Shown: piece by piece, positions 25,951-38,512 of the stretch
How the letters are laid out: every line of letters begins with the position of its first letter
How positions within the stretch are numbered: the first letter of the stretch is position 1
Source of the DNA: Vicugna vicugna
Taxonomy: Eukaryota
NCBI GenBank assembly: GCA_013265495.1
Contig: MU058337.1
Location: forward strand, 5,188,716-5,252,715
Direction: 5' to 3'
Length of the DNA stretch: 64,000 nt
Notes under the pieces: generated by a model
What the model was told of the DNA's origin: nothing
Seen by the model: the letters and a program-made list of their open reading frames with translations, nothing else
The model's database searches: none
Program-made: the position numbers and the translations under genes

Positions 25951-27703
25951 ACATTTTTATTGATTTATAATCATTTTACAATGTTGTGTCAAATTCCAGT
26001 GTTCAGCACAATTTTTCAGTCATTCATGGACATATACACACTCATTGTCACATTTTTTTCTCTGTGAGTTATCATAACATTTTGTGTATATTTCCCTGTG
26101 CTATACAGTGTAATCTTGTTTATCTATTCTACAATTTTGAAATCCCAGTCTATCCCTTCCCACCCTCTACCCCCCTGGTAACCACAAGTCTGTATTCTCT
26201 GTCCATGAGTCTTTAGATTCCACATATGAGCGATCTCATATGGTATTTTTCTTTCTCTTTCTGGCTTACTTCACTTAGAATGACATTCTCTAGGAGCATC
26301 CATGTTGCTGCAAATGGCGTTATGTTGTCGGTTTTTATGGCTGAGTAGTATTCCATTGTATAAATATACCACCTCTTCTTTATCCAGTCACCTGTTGATG
26401 GACATTTAGGCTGTTTCCATGTTTTGGCTATTGTAAATAGTGCTGCTATGAACATTGGGGTGCAGGTGTCATCCTGAAGTAGATTTCCTTCTGGATACAA
26501 GCCCAGGAGTGGGATTCCTGGGTCATATGGTAAGTCTATTCCTAGTCTTTTGAGGAATCTCCACACTGTTTTCCATAGTGGCTGCACCAAACTGCATTCC
26601 CACCAGCAGTGTAGGAGGGTTCCCCTTTCTCCACAGCCTCTCCAGCATTTGTCATTTGTGGATTTTTGAATGACGGCCATTCTGACTGGTGTGAGGTGAT
26701 ACCTCATTGTAGTTTTGATTTGCATTTCTCTGATAATTAGTGATATTGAGCATTTTTTCATGTGCTTTTTGATCATTTGTATGTCTTCCTTGGAGAATTG
26801 CTTGTTTAGGTCTTCTGCCCATTTTTGGATTGGGTTGTTTATTTTTTTCTTATTGAGTCGTATGAGCTGCTTATATATTTTGGAGATCAAGCCTTTGTCG
26901 GTTTCACTTGCAAAAATTTTCTCCCATTCCGTAGGTTTTCTTCTTGTTTTATTTCTGGTTTCCTTTGCTCTGCAGAAGCTTGTAAGTTTCATTAGGTCCC
27001 ATTTGTTTATTCTTGCTTTTATTTCTTCTAGGAGAAAATTTTTGAAATGTATGTCAGATAATGTTTTGCCTATGTTTTCCTCTAGGAGGTTTATTGTATC
27101 TTGTCTTATGTTTAAGTCTTTAATCCATTTTGAGTTGATTTTTGTATATGGTGTAAGGGTGTGTTCTAGCTTCATTGTTTTACATGCTGCTGTCCAGTTT
27201 TCCCAACACCATTTGCTGAAGAGACTGTCTTTATTCCATTGTATATTCTTGCCTCCTTTGTCGAAGATGAGTTGACCAAAAGTTTGTGGGTTCATTTCTG
27301 GGCTCTCTATTCTGTTCCATTGGTCTATATGTCTGTTTTGGTACCAATACCATGCTGTCTTGATGACTGTAGCTCTATAGTATTGTCTGAAGTCTGGGAG
27401 AGTTATTCCTCCAGCCTCTTTCTTTCTCTTCAGTAATGCTTTAGCAATTCTAGGTCTTTGATGGTTCCATATAAATTTTATTATGATTTGTTCTAGTTCT
27501 GTGAAATATGTCCTGGGTAATTGGATAGGGATTGCATTAAATCTGTAGATTGCCTTGGGCAGTGTGACCATTTTAACAATATTGATTCTTCCAATCCAAG
27601 AGCATGGAATATCTTTCCATTTTTTAAAGTCTTCTTTAATTTCCTTCATCAATGGTTTATAGTTTTCTGTGTATAATTCTTTCGCCTCCTTGGTTAGATT
27701 TAT
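25942..27703 (-). mobile_element. Young 5'-truncated LINE-1 (ORF2 C-terminal part + 3'UTR + polyA) with TSD
   Basis: Unbroken ORF2 frame 27703-26213 ([16 protein letters not shown]...[22 protein letters not shown] knuckle...SLICGI*). AATAAA at 25961-25956; A10 tail; TSD tctcctgggaataaatctt at 25923-25941 and 27704-27722. Confidence 0.97.
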
Positions 27704-30700
27704 TCTCCTGGGAATAAATCTTAATAAAATATAAAATACTTTAGTAATTATTCCAACATTCAGCAAAAATATGTTTTCTTTTAAAATCAGGTGGTTTTTT
27801 TTCTCAGTTGGCTTTTGTGTTTTACAGATTGAAAGGTGTGGCCATATTTCAGCTACACTCTGAATTTTTCACATAATCCTTGTTTTACCAGGTCACATTA
27901 GCCTAAAATGACCATCAGAATTAGAATAATAACTTCAGGGTTTACAAATACCCAGACTTGAATACTCTTCCTCTTCCAATCACCATCCCTCACGGTATCG
28001 CATGCACTGCTGTTTAGGTATCAGTCGCTCTGATGCCCAAAGACTCTATTCTGTCACCTTTAATGGCAAAAGAGGACCCTCTCAGCACTGTCACTGATCA
28101 CCACCCAACATGACCTGTTGAAGCTAAGAGAGGATTTTTCCCCATGTGGAACTAAAGCCCCCCTCAAATGAAACCACTTCCTCCAGTTTCTAGTTGTTCT
28201 TCATTTTTTGAGAAGTTTGAGGTGCATCCTCCAGGGGCCATACTGGAGGTCATTTCAGAGCTGCCCATCAGTGTCACATTCAAAGGCAGGCTCTCCACTA
28301 ACCGTGAACAGCTTAAGAGTGAGTTCCTGACTCTCCGGGAGGTCCTTCTGTGATCCCAGCCTCCACTGGGAGGAACATAGTGTGTTTGCCTTCGTTATTT
28401 CAGAATAACATGCTCCATTCTTCAAGGCTCGACTATCAGTTCAAATTCCTGCCACCATTTCTTCACAGGTCCAGCAGCCCCTTCCAGGGAGAGGACACCA
28501 GCTTAACTCCTATTATATCCCAGTGTCTGTAGGGGCCGTGCCGATGGACGAGGGTCTCATCCCTGACCTTGACTACAAATAGCCTTAAATGAGTGGGTTC
28601 ACGTATTTAGAAAAGAAGTGCTGATGGCTCAGCATACAACTTGATCTTCTCTCATGTTCTGGATTCTTCTGCCTGAATCCTGATTTTTACTTCCCTAAAT
28701 TTCACAGGATAGTAAGATCCTGGAGACTTTAAAATAGAGTATCCCATATTTCTTTTACCAACTATGACATCTGGCAGGTTGAAAATAGTGCTGGCTTCAA
28801 ATTTGGTGCCGGTTTGAACAAACTACCGTCAGACTAATGCTGTGTTGTTGGGTACACATAAGACAAATTCCCAGGAGCACTGCATGCAGATCAGAGGAAG
28901 GACAGTGTCAGAGGATGGAATCTGTAGATGGAGGTATAGTGGGAAAGACTGAAAAACAATCATATTCATTTTGCTCATTCTCTCTTCTCTCCCAGGAAAA
29001 GGCTGGCAGAGAAAAGAAACATTCCAAACACATTTTTCTTTTTTTTTCCATCTCAAAAGCTCTAATCAGGCATGTTAGAATTTAGGGGGAAAAGAGCCCC
29101 TGACATTTACTACTAACATTTCCTTTGCACTATGTCTGTTGCCCTTACAGTATAAGTACTACAGAAACAAATGTTATGATTTAATATTGGTTGCCTCATA
29201 ATTGCCAGCACAAGTTATTGAATGTTAAAAGTGATCAATAAAAAGGTATTTAATTAGTCAATGAGTGAACCAGTCTCTCTACACCCAAGTAATCAGAGCG
29301 GCCACATAAATGGAAGTTTTTCAGAATGAATTTCTGGGCCAGGAGAATCAAATCTATTTAGAACTATGTCTTGGATACCTGTAATGCCATTCTAAATGTT
29401 TCAGATGGAATAGAAAAGGCTGATGTATGCCAAGTACTCTACAAATGTTTGTCAAGTGGTGAATAAATGACTAAAGGAATGGGAAGCAAGTTAATGGTTA
29501 CTTTTGAAAGGAGAGAGTGAGGTCCAGTTTGGGATGGCTTTTGGTATGGCTGCATATTTCAGTTTCTTGGCCTGAGAGTTCAAAATTCTCACACCTCATT
29601 AAGCCATATATGGTTTTGTGTGGTTATCTTACTCTGTGTTTTATTTAAAAACACACTTTTTTAAAATTGGAGAATAAAAATAACCAACATATATAAAAAT
29701 TAAAGACTGTTAAGAGCTTAAAGTATTTCTCTTACATAAGAGCATCTGTCAAAGAGCATCAGTTTTGTTTTAAGTGTGTACTTATGCTTATGAAATCCAT
29801 TCAACCCTTAAATGAGGGTAACTCCTTGGGGGCCAGAGCACATCCTCACTTCATTTTACCTTGCTTCTGCTAATGGGGCTACTCTTTGAGTATTCCCCTG
29901 GTAGTCAGATAGATCACTGCAGCCCTTGCGAGGGATACACGCAGAGGAAGCAGGATGTAACTGGCTTACACTTGATGTTGCGGTCCCCAGTGTCTCCATC
30001 TTTATAAGAGATTTCCAAAAATTAGATCATAAGTAACTTCCAGAAGCCAGTTAGGCAAGATGTGCACCCTGAACTACAGTTTGCTCATCACTGGCCCAAA
30101 AGTTGATTCAGGGCAGACGTTGGCAAAATCTTGACGTCATGGGAGCCCAACAATGAAGAGGACAACCTATTTTGTGGAAGACACTGACTCCACTGGAGGG
30201 TAGAACTTAAGATCATACAGCTCTTACAGGTCTTTCTATCAGAAATTGTTAAATGGGGAGCAACTTTAAGGGCTACTGTGGGACATTATGATTCTCTGGA
30301 ACACTCTAGTTTCTATGCTGGGTAATATCTAGTCATTTGCCTTTTCACAAGATTTCTTTTTGGTTTCCTGCAATTCAATGTATTTAAAGGGAGGATGTCA
30401 GTGTCAGACAGCTGGGCCCTCAATGGGAAAGCTGATCCTCGGTTTTTCCTGGAAACTGAACCCCTAGAAGAGTGGCAGGGCACTGCATGTCATGAGGGTC
30501 ACATCCCACCAGGACCCTGAGCATGAGAGGACAGACACCTCACCTCATCACACCAGGGCCAACCATTACGATACGTATTCAGTTCAGTAGAGGAGGGTAG
30601 CTCAGACATCTCCAGAAGCTGGCTGCCATGGAAACACTGGAATTGTGGAAGGACTTCCTACCACCGCCTGGTCTCACCCTCTTTCCATCCAGAAACGTAA

Positions 30701-32935
30701 TCAGATCCAGGTTACTTGAATTCCTCCTAGAATAGATTCCAGAACCTACAATACAGGCCAGGCAGGACAAACCAAAGATATCAAGCCAAACAGCAGGAGC
30801 CAAGAGGTGAACCCCAGTGAAACCAAACTCTGTCCCTGCCGCAAAACACAACAGGAGGGACCCAGTAATAATCATAATAATAATCACTGAGATCTACATC
30901 ACTTTGCCATTTAAAAATAACTTTTAATTATTATTCTATTTACTACCAAGAGGAAACAAGAAGAGCAATTAAGTTAGATAAATTATGAGGGACTTCAACT
31001 GGTAACAAACTAGGTAGGAGTCCAAGATTTCTTTGCTTTTGTCCTGACAAAGTCCAAGGTGCTTCCAGACTGGATATTGGAGTCAATTCAAATCCCTCAG
31101 CTAGACACAGGGTTCCCAGAGGACTTACACATGTGCCCAATTGTGATTATTATTTGTTTTGAAAAAGCTGTTGGAAGGCTATGAAACGCCATTCCCCAGC
31201 AGAATGCCTCTTCCGTATCTAGGACTGGTTTACATGCAAGGTGAGCGTGGGACATGCGGTAACTGACCCAACACTGGAAAGGGGGAGGTTCCTGACTGCT
31301 TGAGTTCTCCCTCCTTTGGAGGAATTCAGAAGGATTAATTAGTAAATAATTTTTTAATTTTATGTAATTTGGAAGAAGAATAATCTCACAAGAATTTTGT
31401 GGCAGTTGTTTAATGTTCAGAGAGAACATTCAGCTCCTGAGAAGAAAGGATTCATACAAATATAATCGTACAGCATAATGACCCTCACTGGCAAAGAGAG
31501 ACATGACATTTTTAACTTGGCGGTGCTTTAATTGCATCCTTATAAATGAAACTTTCATTTCCAATATCGGTCAGCAGGAATTTCACTGCATTAAGCTCAC
31601 TTTTATAAATAGGAATCCAACAGACTCTGTGAGAAAACAGTTTTACAAAGAGACACTTCATGATACATTTTAGTGGAGTTTCTGCCAGTGAGTTGAAGCT
31701 TGCAGGCAATGATCAAAAACTATTTTAAACATGATCAATCAAATGCAGGCTATTTTGGACACACTTGTCTTCTTCCTTCTGGTTGTGTCCTGAGAAATTA
31801 CAGGGAATGAAGTGCCTAGGCGCCACTTTTGGTAAGGGGACTGGTGCAGTGGGATACACCTGTAGCCCCCAGGGGCAGCAGGATGTGGCATCAGAGGAAG
31901 GAGTCGGGCCAGATCACTCAGTGGCCACCAGGAGAGCCAAAATGAGGGGATGGAGGACCAAGAGCCAAGGGCAGGAGCTGAAACAGCAGAAGGTAGGAAC
32001 CTGTTCCAGGCACACGGTACGGTTCCACCTGAGGAGGAAATCAGGACACAGACACCCAAGCCCTGAGCCATGTCCTGTTTCTTCTTTCTCTTTCCTCCCG
32101 TTATGAGAAAACTTCAAACACATGGAAACTTTTTCCTTTTTTTAATGCCATCCATTAATAAGCTCTATGGGGGCATCTGATTACAAGTAGAAAAATCAAT
32201 TGCTCAAGTCTATTTGTTTACATGTGACTCACATTAAGGGGACGGGAACGACATGAGAAATTAATCGCCCAAGCCAGAAATGACAACTTTTAAGGACTTT
32301 CCTTCTTCTCTTTGATCTAGTTCCAAAACTGAGTTGGGACATTTTATAGTGAAAGTCAAAGGGAAAATATGAACAGAAGGAACACAGAGAAAGGGATATT
32401 TCAGTGCTAGCAAACAGCCTGCTCTCTTTCTCCAGATTAAACCATAAAAAACTGTACAACCTTCCACTGTAAAGCAATCACTGTTGCAGCCTCCTATGCT
32501 GTTGATACAATAAATTTTGTGTCGAGTACCCCTGTGTAATTAATTCTAAATGCAAAGGCCTGAGGTCAGAGTAGGACCCAAAGTAGGAAATAACACCCAG
32601 CCACAGCCCTTCTTTAGCACACGGGGTAGGGCTCATACACCACGGTAAGAAGATACGAGGTAAATGCTGAAGTCTGAAGTTCCCTTTCGTGCAGACAGCC
32701 AGGATATGACTATGTAGTTAAAGACACAGACAATGCAAAGCAAGATTGTGCTTGTGAGAAGGCATTCGGGAACCATGCGGCCACTTAAGCTACTAGGCTC
32801 AAGGAGGCGGGATTAGCAGTTTAATCAGCTGACATATATACCATATCCATGTACATAAATATTCATCTGAATAAATTATTAGACCACCTGTATATTTTGA
32901 AAATGAAAGATATTCCGCATCTCCTTAACTACCTC

Positions 32936-33063
32936 CTTTTTAAAGTGCAGTAACATTTGTCTATAACACTAGATAAATTTCAAGTATACAACATTATAGT
33001 TCAACTTCTGTGTACACTACGGCATGCTCACTATCAAAAGTCTGCTTTCCATCCATTGCCATA
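32936..33063 (-). mobile_element. LINE-1 3' end fragment (L1MA-like)
   Basis: tttcaagtatacaacattatagttcaacttctgtgtacactac...tttccatccattgccata resembles reverse-oriented L1MA 3' termini. Confidence 0.55.
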
Positions 33064-36000
33064 ATTCTTTTATTTTTGTAAAATCCTAAAGCCTTGGTGT
33101 ACCAAAACTACTTGAATCCTAAAAGAATCCCACTGAATATTTCACTACCGCCTTCTAGACATAAGCCAACAGAGACAGCACCCCTGCCCAACTGACCTGG
33201 GGAAACATGCTGATCCATAAAGGTGTTTCACAGGTATTATTTGATATACAACAGAATGATTGTAATACATTTCTCTACAGAAAAATACGCCTCAGATTTC
33301 CACCCTAAAACACACAGTCACAGATTATTTTAACAGTCTTGGCTATGCACCATATTTGAGAACTTTTAAAAAGTGCACTCACATCTGCAAAGGAAATGCA
33401 ACGAGCAGGCTTCATACAAGAGACTTCTCGTCTGCACATGTGGAAAGTAGGGCCAGCCAGGGGAATTTCAAACGCAATGTAAGTTGAAAGTGGAGACAGC
33501 GCCCAATGGAAGTCATATGAGGTCTCAGGTGGAGAACTTTTTTTTTTTCAGTACTAAATTAAAACAGAAGAAGGTGCAACAAAAATTTTAAAGGATGGGT
33601 CAGATATATTAAATTAGGATGTAAATACCAGAAGCACCAAATCATATGACTAAACGGAAAACCTTACTGACTGAAATCCTACCACGGAACCAGATGCTAC
33701 TATTGGGAAAACATTCCAATCAGAGGTTGGCATCTAAATCTCCCCCACCTCTACGGGAACTGTCAAAATATTATACCCTACATAAGGAACACTCATCTTT
33801 GAGCAGCAGGGAATTCTGTATCTGCCTGAAAGGAAAATATCTCTCAGCTGAATTACTTTGAAAAAAAGTGACAGACGCTACTTCTCTTAAGGACTCCTCA
33901 GCATCAGAATCAATTTCCAGATAATTTCTCTAGAGACCACTCAGTTGTCATCCAAAGGGACAGCCCTTAAGAGGAGCTATGTGGCCACACGGGACCAGGG
34001 ACACGATGTGCTTCCAGCTCAGGAAGACTAGTACTGGGCCACTTGGGACACAGAGCATCTTTGCTAAGAATTCCATGTGGCCAATTTCAACTAAGAGATG
34101 CCAAGTGGAATCAAAGTTTTTCTTTCATTTCTTTCTTCACTTTAGGACTAGTTTGCTCAGTCACATGGAACTTCCAGCCTCTCAATGGCTTCCTATTTTA
34201 AGTGTCCTGGCCCAATGCAGCAGGGAAAACTGACACGGCAGATACATGTTTAGGGGGTCGGGTAGGTGGTCAAAAAGGTAAGCAGGAGGGGAAAGAAAAT
34301 GTCTTCTCCTTGTGCCTAAAACAGGTATTCCCTAAAGCTGGCTCTGGTACCTCCTACCCGTGGAACGAAACCCAAGCTTCCTAAAATCTCTACACCTTAG
34401 AGCCTTGACTTATGATTTAGGAGTTTAAAAAGCATTAACCTAAAAGAAATAATGTGAGGAACTAAAAAAAAAAATCCTCTTGCAGTACTTATCACAGTGA
34501 CTTGCACATTTGTAGTGGTCAATTAATACTAGTTATAATAATGAATATGATGCTTATTGGGCAAATTTACTTACAGAGCCCAGAAGACCACCTTAAATGG
34601 CCTCAATTCAAGCTTCCTCAGTTTTCTCAATTAAAACAAAACAGAAATCTCTAAACCCCCTGCTCGCTTTTTGGCTCTCCACTCAGGCACGGTATTACTG
34701 TATGACGACCAAATACACACGTGCTACATATTATGTCCTCTCACAACTGATGGCAGGTAAACACTCTGTCCCCCCAGGATGGCTGCATCCTCGGGTATTT
34801 AGATAAATGATACTGACAGGACAAACCTAAATATGTGCCCTTGGGTTCAGCAGAAGGAAATGTAATTAGTTAAAACGGCCGGATAAGTCTAACCTGGCAA
34901 ATCTCTTAAATGGATCTGAGGTTAGAAACCAGCAACAGATGGCAACACGCTTTGCACAAAGCCAACTTCTCTATAACCTTGAAACTCTGAAAGGTCCCCG
35001 AAGAAGGAAAAATCAGATAGGCTCTCAGCCGGGAGGGTCCTCAAGACAGATGAAGCTAATGGACTTGTGTCAAAGGCAGAAGAGGAGATTGATGTTCCAT
35101 GGCCTTCAGGCCCCCAGGTGCAAGGACATTGGGCCATCAGGCATGTAAAATAAATCTTGGGGTGACTGGGAGGACAGATGTGGAAAATATATTGGCAGGA
35201 CGAACAGGTGATGAAGGCCCAGCTGACACATCACTCGGGAGAAGAGCTGTTGTGTGGCTGAAGCAAGTCCAGGATGCCGATGTCACTTCCCCACCCGCAA
35301 ATCAGGGCCACTCCAGTCCCCTGAAGTACATGCGTGATGCAAGTTTCACTCAAAGCCACTCAGCACAGTTTACTGCAATGTTGAGAATCATGAGGGGACA
35401 CGTGACATAAGGCACGACTTAATGGGACACAGCTTAATGTTCTGTTTTGTTTCTTTTAAAAAGTAAGTGAAATTTGGTATCTTAAAGTTTCCCCAGCTTT
35501 CATCAGGTTCATCATCCTTCATCAAATCATTGGGAGAGAGAGGGTAAAAGGTCAAAAGGCAAGAGTGCCATTTTTGCTAGGGAAGGAAGTTAGAGAATTC
35601 AAATAGCCCTTTAGTTATGAACTACCAGAGGGTTTCTTAGTTCTAAACAGCAACTCCTATGAGCAAAATTTGGAAAATTCTCAGGATGATGCAAAATCTG
35701 CTCACTCAACAAAATCTGTCATTTCCACCTCCCTTCCACCCATTCATCTATTTATTTATCTACTTATTTGTGCATCTAATGTATGTTTAGCAAGAAACCT
35801 TGGGATTTACTCTCAGAAAGTGCCTCCGTAGAGAGATTATTGTTAAATAGTATTGTTAAATGCATTTACCCTTAGGCAGCTCGAAGCTTCTCCATTTGAA
35901 CCTGGAGGGTTAAAGGGAGTGGGAGAGCTTCAGGATTGTTAGAAAAGCAGTGCAAAGACAATGAAAGAATTAACACTCAATACTCCGCTTCTGAAAGTCA

Positions 36001-36758
36001 AAAGAGGATTGTACAGCCAGACAACATACTTGATAGCCAGGCTCTGTGAAGAGATTTTCTAGCTTCCTTTGGTGGCTACCTTTTAATCTACCAACAGCTG
36101 GGACTAGTGACTTAAATCCTGGTGTCTTATCAAATGGAGTTTCCAGGAGCACAGGAAGGGGCAAGAAAGGAAAAGCTCATCCTTTCAAGCGCTAAGGAAT
36201 TCTGGGAAAAGAAAGACAAGGAAACAAGGGACCAAAGACAAGAGGGCAGAGGAGGCAGAGCCAGAGGGAGTCCTGACCACCCCTCTCAGGTTCTTTTTGC
36301 AGGTAACCCTGCCAGGCAACCACCCTCCTTTCTGACCAGCAGAAGCTGCCTGAGGAAATCTGGACAGGAAATGAGTATCTGCTGTAAATTACAAAGGGGC
36401 CCTAAAAACTGCAATAAAGTGTGTCAGCTCCATTGAGCCAAGTGGATTTCTGGACTCTAAACACAACCCCTGTTAATCCATTTCCCTCTTCTCCCAAAAT
36501 AGCAAAATCACCTCCCAACTGAGTAACAGTTGAACACAACCACAGACATCATCACATATCTGAAGCAGCTGAACTTGAAAAAGAAGGTACTGCTTACATT
36601 TCGGATTCTCCTGTAAGAGAATGTCCATCTGGGTGACTCAGAATTTGCCATCTTATAATGCAGCTTAAAAATCAAGTGCAATATTTAAAACCCTCAAAGG
36701 AATGAGTGGCAGAAGAAAATGGCAATGGATGATGGAGGGGAAGTTAGAATTAGCGTGG

Positions 36759-37072
36759 GATAAACTGGGAGGGATAAACTGGGAGTTCTGGATTTGCAGA
36801 TATTAACTACTATATACATAAAATCGATAAACAACAAGGTCCTACTGTATAGCACAGGGAACTATATTCAGTATCTCGTAATAATCATAATGAAACAGAA
36901 TATGAAAAGGAATATATGTATATGTATAACTGAATCACTATGCTGTCTACTAGAAACTGATGCAACATGGTAAATCAACTGTATTTCATTAAAAATTTTA
37001 ATGTAAAAAATAAATGAAAACAAATAATAAATAAAATAAAATATCAAATTGTGATGTGAATTTAAAAGAAAA
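36759..37072 (+). mobile_element. Older artiodactyl-type LINE-1 3'UTR fragment with TSD
   Basis: Typical 3'UTR motif acaacaaggtcctactgtatagcacagggaactatattcagtatc...tgaatcactatgctgt. TSD agaattagcgtgg (36746-36758) / agaattagtgtgg (37073-37085). Confidence 0.88.
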
Positions 37073-38146
37073 AGAATTAGTGTGGAGACATGGGGCCTCT
37101 ACCATAATTTGTCTTAAAATTCCTTCCAACGTTAACAATCCAAATTCAACTTCACAGCTTATACTTGTTTATACAAACATTCTCTTGATGAGAAAGCCAA
37201 AGAGTGGGTTCATTTGGAAGCTGTCAGCTTTATAAGGGAAGTTGTTGCCATGACAGGGAAGGTAAAATGATTTAAGAGAACGTCAGAAGGAGAACTTGGC
37301 CCTGACCAGCTCCACCATCTGCTGACCTGGAAGAAGAGAATTCGGCTGCAAAGGAGACCAATGAATTTTATTCACAATCTTCAGTCAGAGACAGAGAAAC
37401 AGACCAAAATTCAAACACATCTAGCTCACAGTGATTTGCATAATTATAAGCTGGAGGCATACAAGCACTTACAAATTATAGCACAGAAAAGTCATTAGAA
37501 CCTTAAAAAAATCATTTTATATAATTTTCAGCCAAATGGTTTACCCAGAAACAGAATAATCTACCACTTATTAACAATGGAGCCAGGATGAAGGAGAAAT
37601 TTTTGAGGTCTTTACTGAATGTCAGTAAGTGTCTTTGGCTTTGGGGCAAAGCTGATGCTGGGAATACGAAGGGATTTCCAGCTCTTCAACAGGAGTGTGT
37701 CATTCAGTGATGATTTCTCTAATGACCAAGAAACTCTGCTTCCTTTCTCTGCAAATCTGTCAGAGTAAAATCTGAAGCCAGAAGGTCAACAGAACCAGAG
37801 CTACTGCGTTTGACTTGGCCCACATCTGTTAGGCTTGGCCTGTTTGGTCAATATGTTTATTTGTCGTCCGGCCTCTTCTCTGTGCTCATTGACAATTTCG
37901 TGCCCCTCTCAAGCTGTCACATCCCAGGGATATGAATCCCTCTCACTCTTCAAGACCCAGCTCCAAGGATACCTCCACAGGGCGATCCCAGGCAGCACTA
38001 ATGGCTTCTCACACTGTGCGTGAACAGCCAATTACTCACTTCTGTTTATCGTATTAATTTAATCAGTCTTGGTTTCACTGGCTTGGGGGCTGGACTATTC
38101 ATTTTTGCTTAAGGAAACGCTGTGCGTGATAGCTGTCCACTCAGGG

Positions 38147-38512
38147 TGTCTTAGCTCAGGCTGCTCTAACAAAATACCACAGCCTGGGGGGCTTAGACAA
38201 CAGACACCGAGGTTCCTCATGGTTCTAGAGGTTGGGAAGGTTCAAGATCAAGGGGCTGGCATACCTGGGTCTCGGGGAGGGCCCTCCTCCTGGCTTGCAG
38301 ACAGCTGTCTTTTCACTGTGTCCTCAAATGGCAGGGAAGGCAAGAGCTCTGGAGTCTCCTCCCCCTCCTGTTAGGGCACTAATCCCATCACGCCGGATCC
38401 ACCCTCATGACCTCCTCTAAACCTAATTACCTCCCAAAGGTCCCACTTCCTAAGATGAGGGGTTAGGGCTTCAACATGTGAATTTCGGGTGGGGGACTTC
38501 CAGTCCATAACA
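38147..38512 (-). mobile_element. MaLR solo LTR (MLT1A-like)
   Basis: tgtcttagctcaggctgctctaacaaaataccacag...cagtccataaca; homologous to the 16.8 kb LTR. Confidence 0.82.

Noticed and set aside
26715..27436. 186-aa and 65-aa hydrophobic plus-strand ORFs
   Set aside because: Antisense shadow of A-rich L1 ORF2.
27704..27766. N-terminal extension ([21 protein letters not shown]) of the 517-aa ORF, suggesting a new chimeric gene
   Set aside because: Starts at TTG, not ATG, and simply reads through the TSD and flank into truncated L1 ORF2; no promoter or splice evidence.
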